A stretch of DNA of 64,000 nucleotides from a bacterium (GCA_041690355.1 JAWLHK010000014.1:1-64000); one strand, 5' to 3'; counted from the stretch's first letter, positions 20,387 through 30,594 are shown. Notes: a model not told the origin generated them from the sequence alone. Numbers and translations are program-made.

Positions 20387-20401
20387 TCGGGAACTGTCTG
20401 C

Positions 20402-21904
20402 TCAAGCCATAGGCAAAGCGTCAAGCTCATCGTCGTCTCCCGCCTCGCCGGCGACATCGTCGAGTACGGCGGCCGGAAGGGCCTTGTTTGCCTTTGCGCC
20501 GAGCTTCTTGATGTTTTCGGCTCGAGTCACGAGGTTGCCGCGGCCGGTTACCAGCTTGGCCATGGCGGCGTCGTAGGTATCGCGGCTCTTTCCGAGAGCT
20601 TTCCCGAGCTCCTCAAGATCTTTCACGAATCCGACGAATTTGTCGTAGAGCCGGCCGCTTTCTTCTGCAATCTTGAGCGCATTCTTGTTCTGATTCTCGT
20701 AGCGCCAGATGCTGGCAATCGTCTTGAGGGTCGCGAGCAGGGTCGTCGGGCTGACGATGACGATCTTGCGATCGAAGGCGTCCTGAAACAGGGTCAGGTC
20801 GTGCTGCACGGCCAGGGTGAAGGAGGGCTCGACCGGCACGAAGAGAAGTACGAAGTCGAGGCTTTGCAGCCCGTAGAGGTCCTGATAATTCTTTTCGCTC
20901 AGCCCTTTGATGTGGCCGCGCAGCGAGGCCACATGTTCTGCCAGGGCCGCTTTGCGCTCGTCGTCGGTCTCGGCGCTGCAGTAGCGCTCGTAGGCGACCA
21001 GTGAGACCTTGGAGTCGACGACGACGCTCTTGCCCTCGGGCAGACGGATGATGACGTCGGGTTGCAGGCGGCGCCCCTCGGCGTTCGTCATGCTCACCTG
21101 GGTCTCGTACTCCCGTTTCCTGACGAGGCCCGAGGACTCGAGGACCCGCTCGAGAATGACCTCGCCCCAGTTGCCCTGGGTCTTCGATTCCCCCTTCAAG
21201 GCCCGGGTGAGGTTGACGGCCTCCTTGCTCATCGTTTCGTTGAGATCCTTGAGCATCTGGATCTCTTTCTTGAGGGCCGAGCGCTCGATGGCCTCCTTGC
21301 CGTAGACGTCGTCGACCTTTTTCTGGAATTCGCCGATGCGCTCGCGCAGGGGGTCGAGCAAGGTCGCCAGATTGGTCTTGTTCTGCTCGGTGAACTTCTG
21401 GCTCTTGGCCTCGAAGATTTCGTTGGCCAGGTTCTTGAACTGGATGGAAAGCTGCTCCCGGGCGTCGTTGAGCAGACGGAGTTTTTCTTCGGTCTGTTTG
21501 CGCTCTTCGTCGAGCTGGGTACGCAGCCTGGCCACCTCTGCCGCTCCGCGCCCGGCCTCGGTGCGCTGGGCGTCGAGCGCGGCCTCGAGTTCGCGGATGC
21601 GCTCTTCGAGGGCGGGAATCCGGTTGGCCTTTTCTTCGGCCGTCGACCGGGCCTCGCCGGCGGCGCGCAGGTCGGCCTGCAGCCGCTCGACCCGGAGGCC
21701 GGCGTCGTGGATCTCCCGCTCGGCCCCCGCATGGCGGGCGTCGGCGGCCCGGAGTCGTTCGTGCAGGGTCGCCAGCTCGACCTCGGCTTCGCCGCGCCCG
21801 CGCGCGAACTCAGCCTGGAGCCGCGCGCGGAACAGGAGAAAGATGCCAGCCGAGCCGAGGGCCAGGCCGAGACCGAGAAAGAGCAGGGCGGCGACGATAT
21901 CCAT
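20402..21904 (-). CDS. rmuC: DNA recombination protein RmuC
   Basis: N-terminal TM, coiled coil, QGNWGEVILE, PDVIIRLP, VDSKVSL, VSPTTLLATL. Confidence 0.95.
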   Translation of the reverse strand: MDIVAALLFLGLGLALGSAGIFLLFRARLQAEFARGRGEAEVELATLHERLRAADARHAGAEREIHDAGLRVERLQADLRAAGEARSTAEEKANRIPALEERIRELEAALDAQRTEAGRGAAEVARLRTQLDEERKQTEEKLRLLNDAREQLSIQFKNLANEIFEAKSQKFTEQNKTNLATLLDPLRERIGEFQKKVDDVYGKEAIERSALKKEIQMLKDLNETMSKEAVNLTRALKGESKTQGNWGEVILERVLESSGLVRKREYETQVSMTNAEGRRLQPDVIIRLPEGKSVVVDSKVSLVAYERYCSAETDDERKAALAEHVASLRGHIKGLSEKNYQDLYGLQSLDFVLLFVPVEPSFTLAVQHDLTLFQDAFDRKIVIVSPTTLLATLKTIASIWRYENQNKNALKIAEESGRLYDKFVGFVKDLEELGKALGKSRDTYDAAMAKLVTGRGNLVTRAENIKKLGAKANKALPAAVLDDVAGEAGDDDELDALPMA

Positions 21905-21963
21905 AATTCCTCGTGTTGACGGTCTTCAGGATACCTGAGCCGAAGGACAGACGCTGTCTGGCG

Positions 21964-22051
21964 ATTTACGATTGACAATTGACAATTTACAATTTGAGCT
22001 GCCGGGATGACGCTCGCTCCGAAAATCGTCAATCGTCAATCGGCAATTGTC
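21964..22051. repeat. Two oppositely oriented ATTGAC[AG] heptamer arrays (imperfect inverted repeat)
   Basis: ATTTACG ATTGACA ATTGACA ATTTACA (from 21964) and AATCGTC AATCGTC AATCGGC AATTGTC (22024-22051). Confidence 0.85.
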
Positions 22052-22544
22052 ATTTTTCGTGGGTGCGGATCCACTGTTCCTGGACGCGGGCGACGTCGCC
22101 GTACTGGCGCTCGAGCTCGCCGACGAGAAACTTCTCGGCCAGGCCGCCGACACCGAAGATCTTGACGGTCGCTTCACCCGCCATCGTGCGGCGGCAGCGG
22201 TCGGGGCCCAGCGGCTCGATGCTGAAGGTGCCGTGCACGTCAATCTTGTCGGGCATCTTGTCGGGGGTCACCTTGAAGTCGTAGCGCAGGGCGCTTGCCG
22301 ATACCCGCTGCTCTTCCCAGTACCCTATCGTGTCGCCCATGATCTTGCGCAGGGGGCCCGGCATGTCGACCGTGGGGATGACGCGCACGCGGCGTACCGT
22401 CGTATCTCCCTGTTTCGATGCTTCGACCCTGTACTCCTGCAGGCGGATCTCTTTCTGGACAACCGCCTCGAGTTCGGGGTTGAAGTGATGCTTCCAGAGG
22501 GCCTCGGCGGGAACGTTCAGCTCGTGGCTGATGTTGAATTTCAT
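22050..22544 (-). CDS. DUF2505-like (START/SRPBCC fold) protein
   Basis: GAGGAG RBS; MKFNISHE...VKIFGVGGLAEKFLV pattern. Confidence 0.75.
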   Translation of the reverse strand: MKFNISHELNVPAEALWKHHFNPELEAVVQKEIRLQEYRVEASKQGDTTVRRVRVIPTVDMPGPLRKIMGDTIGYWEEQRVSASALRYDFKVTPDKMPDKIDVHGTFSIEPLGPDRCRRTMAGEATVKIFGVGGLAEKFLVGELERQYGDVARVQEQWIRTHEK

Positions 22545-22668
22545 ACTTTCTCCTCGACTGGGGGAAAACGGGGGGCATGACTGCCGTAAACCGGGGAATT
22601 GACTGCAGTGTACCCCGGGGCGCTCCGGCCGCCAACCCGTGGCCCCTACAACTGCAGAGGGAGGAAAG

Positions 22669-22696
22669 TTGACAATTTCGGGGTGAGGTATACAAT
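22669..22696 (+). promoter_or_regulatory. Sigma70-type promoter of the cox operon
   Basis: TTGACA-N16-TACAAT upstream of the subunit II gene. Confidence 0.6.
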
Positions 22697-22753
22697 GTGC
22701 CTTTTTATGGTCCGATCGAGTTACGATAGCTAACCTTTCTACCCCCAACCGTA

Positions 22754-23809
22754 ATGTCAGCGTTCTTCAGCAAACAGTCCTGGCTCCGTCTGGCGAGCCT
22801 GGCTGCGCTCGCGTTCCTCTTCACAGGATGCGCCGAGGAATCCATCATGGCCTGGCTGGCCGATGGGTATAAGCAGTCGACCCTGGTCATCAAGTCGACC
22901 GATCTGGGCCCCGATATCTGGAGCCTGTATTCGACCTTCACGTGGATCGCGGCCATCATTTTCGTGATCGTCGAGGTCCTGCTCGTGTACGCCATTCTCC
23001 GCTTCCGCGCGAAGGGCGACGAGAAGGGGATTCCCGAGCAGACCCACGGCAACACGCGGGTCGAGATCGCCTGGACGATCGCGCCGGCCATCATCGTGCT
23101 TTTCATCACCATCCCCAGCATCAAGACGATCTTCAAGCTGGCCGAGGCCCCGCAGGACGGCGCCGAAGTCGTGCGCGTCAACGTGCTCGGTAAGCAGTGG
23201 TGGTGGGAGTACAACTATCCCGACCTGGGGATCGTGACGGCCAACCAGCTGCATCTGCCGGTGGGCAAGCGCGCGGTGTTCAACGTCGAGTCGGACGACG
23301 TCATCCACTCGTTCTGGTTCCCCAACATGGGGGGCAAGCGCGACGCCACGCCGGGGCACGTGAACCACATGTACTTCACGCCGCGCCAGCCGGGTATCTA
23401 CCTGGGGCAGTGCGCCGAGTACTGCGGCACGTCGCACGCGAACATGAAGATGACGCTCTACGTGCAGACCGAGAGCGAGTTCAACGCGTGGGTCGCCCAG
23501 CAGAAGGCGGTTCCGGCCGCCGTGTCGGCCCCCGAATTCGAAGAGGCTCGCGGGCTCTTCATGGCGAACTGCGCGGCCTGCCATGCCGTGCGCGGGGTTG
23601 CCGAATTCGGCCGCCTGGGCCCCGACCTCACCCACGTCGCCAGCCGTGACACCTTCGGGTCCGGCATGTACGAGACGAACGACGAGAACCTGAGCAAGTG
23701 GCTGAAAGACCCCCAGGGGATGAAGCCCGGCTCGAAGATGGTTCTTCCCGAGAAGCTCGACGACGCGACGGTCAAGACGCTGGTCGATTTCCTGCAAGCA
23801 TTGAAGTGA
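22754..23809 (+). CDS. ctaC: Cytochrome c oxidase subunit II with fused cytochrome c (caa3-type)
   Basis: Lipobox FTG-C; QWWWEY; CuA ligands DVIHSF and CAEYCGTSHANM; heme c CAACH. Confidence 0.96.
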   Translation: MSAFFSKQSWLRLASLAALAFLFTGCAEESIMAWLADGYKQSTLVIKSTDLGPDIWSLYSTFTWIAAIIFVIVEVLLVYAILRFRAKGDEKGIPEQTHGNTRVEIAWTIAPAIIVLFITIPSIKTIFKLAEAPQDGAEVVRVNVLGKQWWWEYNYPDLGIVTANQLHLPVGKRAVFNVESDDVIHSFWFPNMGGKRDATPGHVNHMYFTPRQPGIYLGQCAEYCGTSHANMKMTLYVQTESEFNAWVAQQKAVPAAVSAPEFEEARGLFMANCAACHAVRGVAEFGRLGPDLTHVASRDTFGSGMYETNDENLSKWLKDPQGMKPGSKMVLPEKLDDATVKTLVDFLQALK

Positions 23810-23824
23810 TCTGAGGTTTATTCC

Positions 23825-25711
23825 ATGGCTCGCGAAGCAACACTGGAGCATGCGGCGGCCCCCGCGCACGCCGAAAAGACCGGCCTCTGGAGCTGGATCA
23901 CGACGGTCGACCACAAACGGATCGGCCTCATGTACGGCGTCAGCGCCTTCATCTTCTTTCTCATCGGCGGTCTCGAAGCGCTGCTGATTCGCTATCAGCT
24001 CATCGTGCCCGAGAGCACGGCCATCGGCGCCGACACATTCAACGCGCTCTTCACGATGCACGCCACGACGATGGTGTTCCTCGCGATCATGCCGATGAGC
24101 GCCGCGTTCTTCAACTATCTCGTGCCGCTCATGATCGGCGCCCGCGACGTGGCCTTCCCGCGGCTGAACGCCTTCAGCTACTGGGTCTTTCTGCTGGGCG
24201 GCCTGTTCATCAACGTGAGCTTCCTGGTGGGCGCGCCCCCCGACGGCGGCTGGTTCGGCTATGCGCCGCTCACGAATCGCGCCTTCTCGCCGGGCATGAA
24301 CATGGATTTCTGGAACCTCGGGCTCCAGATCCTGGGCGTCGCTTCGCTCGTCGCCGGTTTCAACTTCATCGTGACCATCTTCAACATGCGCGCCCCGGGC
24401 ATGACCATGATGCGCATGCCGGTCTTCGTGTGGATGACGCTGGTCGTTCAGTTCCTCATCATCCTGTCCTTCCCGATCATCACCGTCGGCCTGCTGTTTC
24501 TCATGTTCGACCGCACCTTCGGCACCAACTTCTACGTGGTGGCCGCCGGCGGCGATCCGCTCCTGTGGCAGCACCTGTTCTGGCTGTTCGGGCATCCGGA
24601 AGTGTACATTCTGATTCTGCCGGCCATGGGCATCGTGTCTGAAGTGCTGCCCACCTTCTCGCGCAAGCCGCTCTTCGGCGCCCCGTTCGTGGTGTTCTCG
24701 GGTATCGCCATCGGCTTTCTCGGCTTCGGCGTCTGGTCGCACCACATGTTCGCCTCGGGCATGGGTCCCATCGCCGACTCGGCCTTCGCGGCCACGACGA
24801 TGATGATCGCCATCCCGACCGGGGTCAAGATTTTCAACTGGCTGGCTACGATCTGGAACGGCCACCTCATTCTCAAGACGCCGATGTACTTCGCGCTGGC
24901 GTTCGTGGCCATGTTCACCATCGGCGGCCTCTCGGGCGTCATGCACGCTTCGCCCCCGATCGACCTGCAGCAGACCGACAGCTACTTCATCGTCGCCCAC
25001 ATCCACTACGTGCTCTTCGGCGGCGCCATCATGGGGCTGTTCTCGGGCATCTACTTCTGGTTCCCCAAGTTCACGGGACGCATGCTCGACGAGAAGCTCG
25101 GCAAGCTGCACTTCTGGACGATGCTCATCGCCATGAACTTCACCTTCTTCCCGATGCACTTCCTGGGCATCCACGGCATGCCGCGCCGCATCTACACCTA
25201 TGATGCCGGCCTCGGCTTCGAGCTGTGGAACCTGGTGGCGACGCTGGGCTCGTTCGTGCTGGGCGCCTCGATGCTCATCTTCGTGTGGAATGCGTGGAAG
25301 AGCTGGAAGGGGGGCGAGATCGCCGGCAACGACCCGTGGGATGCGGCCACACTGGAGTGGGCCATTCCCTCGCCGCCGCCGGAGTACAACTTCGCGCAGC
25401 TGCCCAACGTGACGAGCTCGCGCCCGCTGTGGGACGCCAAGTACGGCATGCCGACGCACGGCGATGATTCGCACCTCGAAGTGACCGTCGCCGGCAGAAA
25501 GCTCGGCGACATTGAACTGGTCACGCACGTCAACAAGCGCAGCGAAGACCCGATTCACATGCCGAATCCGTCGTACTGGCCGCTCGTGTCGGCCGCCGGC
25601 CCGGTGACCATCGCCACCGGCCTGCTGCTGCACAACTGGTACGTCATCATCGCCGGGTTCGCGATTACCGTGTACGGCTTCTTCCGCTGGTCTTTCGAGC
25701 CGGCCGAGTGA
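23825..25711 (+). CDS. ctaD: Cytochrome c oxidase subunit I (A1 type)
   Basis: TTVDHKRIG, FGHPEVY, WSHHMF, AHIHYV, GMPRR. Confidence 0.98.
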   Translation: MAREATLEHAAAPAHAEKTGLWSWITTVDHKRIGLMYGVSAFIFFLIGGLEALLIRYQLIVPESTAIGADTFNALFTMHATTMVFLAIMPMSAAFFNYLVPLMIGARDVAFPRLNAFSYWVFLLGGLFINVSFLVGAPPDGGWFGYAPLTNRAFSPGMNMDFWNLGLQILGVASLVAGFNFIVTIFNMRAPGMTMMRMPVFVWMTLVVQFLIILSFPIITVGLLFLMFDRTFGTNFYVVAAGGDPLLWQHLFWLFGHPEVYILILPAMGIVSEVLPTFSRKPLFGAPFVVFSGIAIGFLGFGVWSHHMFASGMGPIADSAFAATTMMIAIPTGVKIFNWLATIWNGHLILKTPMYFALAFVAMFTIGGLSGVMHASPPIDLQQTDSYFIVAHIHYVLFGGAIMGLFSGIYFWFPKFTGRMLDEKLGKLHFWTMLIAMNFTFFPMHFLGIHGMPRRIYTYDAGLGFELWNLVATLGSFVLGASMLIFVWNAWKSWKGGEIAGNDPWDAATLEWAIPSPPPEYNFAQLPNVTSSRPLWDAKYGMPTHGDDSHLEVTVAGRKLGDIELVTHVNKRSEDPIHMPNPSYWPLVSAAGPVTIATGLLLHNWYVIIAGFAITVYGFFRWSFEPAE

Positions 25712-25729
25712 TTTTTCAAGGGTTTCAGC

Positions 25730-26365
25730 ATGTCTGACAACAGCATCCATTCCTCTTCGGCCGGGCATCACTACACGAGCCTGGGCCTCGACAACCGCAA
25801 GCTGCTCTGGTGGACCGTCATCGGCTCCGAGTGCATGCTTTTCGGCTCGCTCATCGCCACGTACATGGTGTACAAGGGCAAGAGCCTCGTCGGTCCGTTT
25901 CCCCACGCCACGACCGACGCGGCGGGCAACGTCGTGAAGGGCATTCTCGACATTCCGCTCACGTCGGCCAGCACGTTCGTGCTGCTGATGAGCTCGCTCG
26001 CCATGGTGCTGGCCCTCGCGGCCGTGCAGCGCGGCGACAAGAAGCAGAGCGTGCTGTGGCTGTTCGGCACGGCCTTTCTGGGCGCCATCTTCCTCGGCTT
26101 CCAGGCCTATGAGTTCACGCACTTCTACCACTCGGGCCTGACCCTGCAGACGAATCTGTTCGGGGCGACCTTCTTCGTGCTCACCGGCTTTCACGGCGCG
26201 CACGTGACGGTCGGGGTCATCTGGCTGACGACGCTCGGGATTCTGGCCCAGCGCGGCAAGATTCCCCCCGAGAAGGCTTTGAACGTCGAGACGGCCGGTC
26301 TCTACTGGCACTTCGTCGACGTCGTGTGGATTGTCATTTTCACGCTCATTTACCTCATTCCGTGA
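25730..26365 (+). CDS. ctaE: Cytochrome c oxidase subunit III
   Basis: TGFHGAHV, YWHFVDVVW. Confidence 0.96.
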   Translation: MSDNSIHSSSAGHHYTSLGLDNRKLLWWTVIGSECMLFGSLIATYMVYKGKSLVGPFPHATTDAAGNVVKGILDIPLTSASTFVLLMSSLAMVLALAAVQRGDKKQSVLWLFGTAFLGAIFLGFQAYEFTHFYHSGLTLQTNLFGATFFVLTGFHGAHVTVGVIWLTTLGILAQRGKIPPEKALNVETAGLYWHFVDVVWIVIFTLIYLIP

Positions 26366-26376
26366 GGCATTGATCC

Positions 26377-26700
26377 ATGTCTGCGCATAACGAAACGCAC
26401 GGCGAACACGCCTCGGTCAAGGATTACCTGATCGTTGCGGCCATTCTCACGGTCATCACGATCGTCGAGGTAGCGACCTACTACGAACCGCTGAACCAGA
26501 TCCCGCACTTCTGGCTCATGGTCACGCTGATCGTGCTCTCGGCGGCGAAGTTCTTCATCGTCGTGGGCTACTTCATGCACCTGAAGTATGACCACCGCAT
26601 CTTCCGCCGCCTCTTTCTCGGACCCCTGGCGGCCATGGGCGGTCTCTTCCTGGCCCTCGTGCTGCTCTTCGCCTATCACGGGGTGAAGTACTACCAGTGA
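26377..26700 (+). CDS. ctaF: Cytochrome c oxidase subunit IV
   Basis: 3 TM segments; YFMHLKYD. Confidence 0.9.
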   Translation: MSAHNETHGEHASVKDYLIVAAILTVITIVEVATYYEPLNQIPHFWLMVTLIVLSAAKFFIVVGYFMHLKYDHRIFRRLFLGPLAAMGGLFLALVLLFAYHGVKYYQ

Positions 26701-27590
26701 TGAGCTGGCACTGGCTCGTAACAGCCCATCCCGGGCTGAACCTGCCGCCCGACTTTCCGTATCCGGATCCGGCCACCTTCCGGTGGTCGGATCTGGACGC
26801 CCACTGGAGCGTTCTGCTCGGCATCGCTCTGCTCACCGGCCTCTTCTTCTGGGGCATCGGTCCCGCCCGCAGGCGCTACAGGCTCTCCGACACCCCCGCA
26901 GAAGGATGGCGCATCGGCCTGTTTTCGGCCGCGATGGTCGTTCTCTTCTTCTCGCTGCAGGGGCCCCTGCATCACCTGAGCGACTACTACCTGTTTTCGG
27001 CGCACATGGTGCAGCACCTGCTGCTCATGCAGGTCGTGCCGCCGATGGTCATGCTCGCCATCCCGGGCTGGCTCATCGATGCGCTCTTCGACCGGGTGCC
27101 CCCGCTGGCGGCCTTCACCCGCGTGGTCGTGCGCCCGCTCTACGCCTTTCTGATCACGAGCGCCATTCTCGTCTTCTGGCATATCCCCGAGTGGTACGAG
27201 CTGACCATGCGCGACCACGAGGTGCACATCTTCGAGCACATCACGTTCATTTCGGCCGCCGTCATCTACTGGTGGCCGGTGATCAACCTGGCGCCGCGGC
27301 ACGTGACGTCGGCCCCGCCGATCTTCCAGATGATCTACCTGTTTCTCACGACCCTGCCCATGGTCATCGTGGGGGCGTTCATCACGATGTCGTCGAAGGT
27401 CATCTATCCGTTCTACGCCTTCGCGCCGCGCGTCTTCGACCTCGACCCGCTGACCGATCAGATCATCGGCGGCCTGATCATGTGGGTGCCCGGCGCCATG
27501 ATGCCCTGGGTGGCCATCACGACGATCTTCTTCCGCTGGTTCCAGAGCGGCCGCGATCTCGCCGGCAGCGCGCGCCCGTCACAGGCCTGA
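26697..27590 (+). CDS. ctaG: Caa3-type cytochrome c oxidase assembly factor (Caa3_CtaG)
   Basis: YLFSAHMVQHLLL, FWHIP, DQIIGGLIMWVPG. Confidence 0.9.
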   Translation: MMSWHWLVTAHPGLNLPPDFPYPDPATFRWSDLDAHWSVLLGIALLTGLFFWGIGPARRRYRLSDTPAEGWRIGLFSAAMVVLFFSLQGPLHHLSDYYLFSAHMVQHLLLMQVVPPMVMLAIPGWLIDALFDRVPPLAAFTRVVVRPLYAFLITSAILVFWHIPEWYELTMRDHEVHIFEHITFISAAVIYWWPVINLAPRHVTSAPPIFQMIYLFLTTLPMVIVGAFITMSSKVIYPFYAFAPRVFDLDPLTDQIIGGLIMWVPGAMMPWVAITTIFFRWFQSGRDLAGSARPSQA

Positions 27591-27699
27591 GGCCGTGTGC
27601 GGCCGGCAGGGCAGGGGGTCGGATCTTCGGCCCACCCCGCCTCCCATCACGCATGAGCTCTGTTACAATAGTCGGTTACCCATCGTTAGGAATGCCAAC

Positions 27700-28650
27700 A
27701 TGCGTACCCTGACTTCGACCGCGGAGTTTCCGGAACGAGGGGCGGCGGTCCGGCTCACGAACCGGCTGGCGCTGGCCATCGCCGTGCTGACCTTCGCCCT
27801 CATGGTGCTCGGCGCCACCGTGCGCGGCATGGATGCCGGGCTCGCATGCCCCGACTGGCCGCTCTGCCACGGTCAGTATCTGCCGCCGTTCGAGCCCGTT
27901 CTCTGGCAGGGGACCGACGTGCCCACGCCCGGGCAGATGAACGCCGAGTGGCTGCACCGGCTCGTCGCCTCGCTCGTGGGGCTGCTCTCGCTGGGCCTCG
28001 CCGGCGCCGTCTGGCGCACGGGTGACCGCCGTCTGCGCCGCTGGGCCGCGCTCGCCGCCGCGTTGCTCGTCATCCAGATCGGCCTGGGGGCCGCCACCGT
28101 CTTTCTGAACAATGTGCCGTATTCGGTCGCCCTGCACCTGGGGGTCGCGACGGCCTTTCTGACGACCCTTTCGTGGATTTACCGGTTGAGCCGCGCCGCG
28201 CCGTCTGCGCTGCCCGGAACCCGGGGGCTGCGCCTCGGCCTTGCCGTCACGGCCGGACTGGTCTTCGCGCAGATGATGCTGGGGGCCCTCATCGCCAAGA
28301 CGCCGGGGGCCGACCTGGTGTGTCCGACCTTTCCCCACTGCGGGCGTGACGACTACTACGCCGTCGGCCACCTGGTGGGGATGCAGATGACCCACCGCGT
28401 GCTCGGGTTCCTGATCCTCTTCGCCATCCTCTGGGGGGCCGGGGCCGCGCGCGGAGCCGCCCGCGCCTGGGGCCTGGCGGGACTCGGGCTCATCGTCGCC
28501 CAGATCGCGGTCGGCACCTTGAACGTGATCTGGCGCGTACCCGTCGCCGTCACGGCGGCCCACCTGGGGCTGGCCGTGCTCATCTTCCTGCTCAGCTTTC
28601 ACTGGTCCGCCGGGATCCGTCCGGAACCGTCGCCCTCGAGGAATTCCTGA
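27700..28650 (+). CDS. ctaA: Heme A synthase (COX15/CtaA)
   Basis: AGLACPDWPLCHG, EWLHR, second CPTFPHC loop, THR and AHL heme ligands. Confidence 0.92.
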   Translation: MRTLTSTAEFPERGAAVRLTNRLALAIAVLTFALMVLGATVRGMDAGLACPDWPLCHGQYLPPFEPVLWQGTDVPTPGQMNAEWLHRLVASLVGLLSLGLAGAVWRTGDRRLRRWAALAAALLVIQIGLGAATVFLNNVPYSVALHLGVATAFLTTLSWIYRLSRAAPSALPGTRGLRLGLAVTAGLVFAQMMLGALIAKTPGADLVCPTFPHCGRDDYYAVGHLVGMQMTHRVLGFLILFAILWGAGAARGAARAWGLAGLGLIVAQIAVGTLNVIWRVPVAVTAAHLGLAVLIFLLSFHWSAGIRPEPSPSRNS

Positions 28651-29996
28651 TGTCCGTCGCCGTCGACTCTTCTGCGCCGCGCACTCCGTTTTCGGTCGCG
28701 CGGGACCTGATCGCCCTGACCAAGCCGCGCATCATTCTGTTGCTGCTGGTCACGACCTATGCCGCCATGCTCATCGCCGATCCCGAAGCCGTGACCTGGC
28801 CGCTCGTGCTTTTCACGCTGCTCGGCGGAACGCTGACCTCCGGTTCGGCCAACGCCATCAACATGGTCTATGACCGCGACATCGACGCCATCATGAAGCG
28901 CACGCGGCGCCGCCCGCTCCCCAGCGGCCGCCTGTCGCCCGCGCCGGCCCTCATCTTCGCGATCGTCCTCGGTCTGCTCGGGGCCGCCGTGCTGTGGTTC
29001 AAGGTGAATCCGCTCGCCTCGGCGCTGGCCGTCGCGGGAAACCTGTTCTACGTCTTCGTCTACACGATGTGGCTCAAGCGCACGTCGGTTCAGAACATCG
29101 TCATCGGCGGCGCGGCCGGCGCGGTGCCCCCGATGGTCGGCTGGGTGGCCGTCACGGGTAACCTCGATCTGGCGGCCGTCATCATGTTTCTCATCATCTT
29201 TCTCTGGACGCCGCCGCACTTCTGGGCGCTCGCGTTCTACAAGAACGACGACTACCGCGCGGCCGGGGTGCCGATGCTGCCGGTCGTGCACGGCAATGAC
29301 GCCACCGTGCGCCAGATTCTGCTCTACACGGCGCTGCTCGTGCCCAGCTCGCTGCTGCTGGCCCTCTTTCACCCCATGACCATCTTCTACGTGCTGGCGG
29401 CACTCATCCTCGGCGGCGTTTTTGCCTGGTATGCCGTGCGTCTCGCCCGCACGCGCACCGATGTCGACGCCAAGCGCCTTTTCGCCAACAGCCTCGTCTA
29501 CCTTGCGCTCATCTTCGCGGCCATGGTCTTCGACCGGGTGCTCCTGGCCGATTACCTGCAGCCGGTCGTTCCGCAGGCCGGCGTCAACGGGTATCCCGTC
29601 ATCCACACGCGCACGCTGCAGGTGGAGTTCACGGCAGGGGTCGCCGAGGGCCTTCCCCTCAAGGTCGAGGTCCTGCGGCCGAAGCTGCAGACCCACCCGA
29701 ACGAGCCGAAGCAGCTCGCCTACCGGATCACGAATCTGTCGGATCGTTCGCTGACGGTCATGGCCGACCACGCGCTCACGCCCGAACAGGCCGGCGGCTT
29801 CTACAAGAAAATCGAGTGCTTCTGCTTCAAGGAGCAGCACCTTGCGCCGGGCGAGACGGCCGATCTGCCGCTCCAGTTTGCGTTCGTCGATGCGCTTCCG
29901 CAGGAGATCGACAACATCACCGTCCACTACGGGTTCAAGGAAATTGTCGAAGAGGGAGGCGAAGCGGAATCCGATCACCATGGGCACGCACACTAG
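28650..29996 (+). CDS. ctaB: Heme O synthase fused to a C-terminal Cox11-type copper chaperone domain
   Basis: LTKPRII, DRDIDAIMKRTRRRPLP, WTPPHFWAL; then a soluble domain with FYKKIECFCFKEQHLAPGE (Cox11 CFCF) and HHGHAH tail. Confidence 0.92.
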   Translation: MSVAVDSSAPRTPFSVARDLIALTKPRIILLLLVTTYAAMLIADPEAVTWPLVLFTLLGGTLTSGSANAINMVYDRDIDAIMKRTRRRPLPSGRLSPAPALIFAIVLGLLGAAVLWFKVNPLASALAVAGNLFYVFVYTMWLKRTSVQNIVIGGAAGAVPPMVGWVAVTGNLDLAAVIMFLIIFLWTPPHFWALAFYKNDDYRAAGVPMLPVVHGNDATVRQILLYTALLVPSSLLLALFHPMTIFYVLAALILGGVFAWYAVRLARTRTDVDAKRLFANSLVYLALIFAAMVFDRVLLADYLQPVVPQAGVNGYPVIHTRTLQVEFTAGVAEGLPLKVEVLRPKLQTHPNEPKQLAYRITNLSDRSLTVMADHALTPEQAGGFYKKIECFCFKEQHLAPGETADLPLQFAFVDALPQEIDNITVHYGFKEIVEEGGEAESDHHGHAH

Positions 29997-30079
29997 AAAC
30001 GCCCGATGCCCAACCTCCTATCGGAACAAGGGCATCAGCAATGGGGGCACGCCCGGCAGTCCGCTAAGGCAAGGGGAAT

Positions 30080-30559
30080 TCAGGTCTCGACGTAATTGCC
30101 GTGGCCGGACCGCAAGGGCTCTTCGTACAGCTCGCCGACGATGGCGCCGAACACCGCGTGCACGGCGAAGAGAAGGATGACGTCGTCAAACCCGTACGAC
30201 GCGGCGAACCACCCCGGCCCCGGGAGCTCGTCGCCCATGACCGGGTGAAACGCCGACAGCACCCCGAGCAGGATGCCCACGACGAAGGCGTGCGCCAGCC
30301 CGAGCACGAGCCCCGCGGCCGGGCCCGAGCGGTCGAAGGCTTCGAAGAGCAGGCCGTAAAAAAGACCGAAGATGCCCGCGAAGAGCAGGTGCAGGTGAAA
30401 GCCCAGAATCCACGCGTTCAGTCCCGGCAAGGTGCCGAACGTGCCCAGGAGCATCTCGAGGTTGAGCTGGCCGAAACCGAGCCAGCGCGCGAAGGCGAGC
30501 AGCACCGTGATGGCGACACCGGCGAGCAGTCCGGAAAAGAAGGCGCGATTGGCTTTCAT
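30080..30559 (-). CDS. Four-helix membrane protein with His in TM segments
   Basis: LEMLLGT, FHLHLL, HPVM, VHAVFGAIVG. Confidence 0.7.
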   Translation of the reverse strand: MKANRAFFSGLLAGVAITVLLAFARWLGFGQLNLEMLLGTFGTLPGLNAWILGFHLHLLFAGIFGLFYGLLFEAFDRSGPAAGLVLGLAHAFVVGILLGVLSAFHPVMGDELPGPGWFAASYGFDDVILLFAVHAVFGAIVGELYEEPLRSGHGNYVET

Positions 30560-30561
30560 GA

Positions 30562-30594
30562 ATTGACGATCTACGATTGACGATTGACGATCTA
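30562..30594. repeat. ATTGACG-type heptamer array x4-5
   Basis: ATTGACG ATCTACG ATTGACG ATTGACG ATCTA directly upstream of a start codon. Confidence 0.88.

Noticed and set aside
22757-26311. 1184-aa minus-strand ORF
   Set aside because: Antisense shadow of the cox genes caused by high-GC codon bias; no motifs
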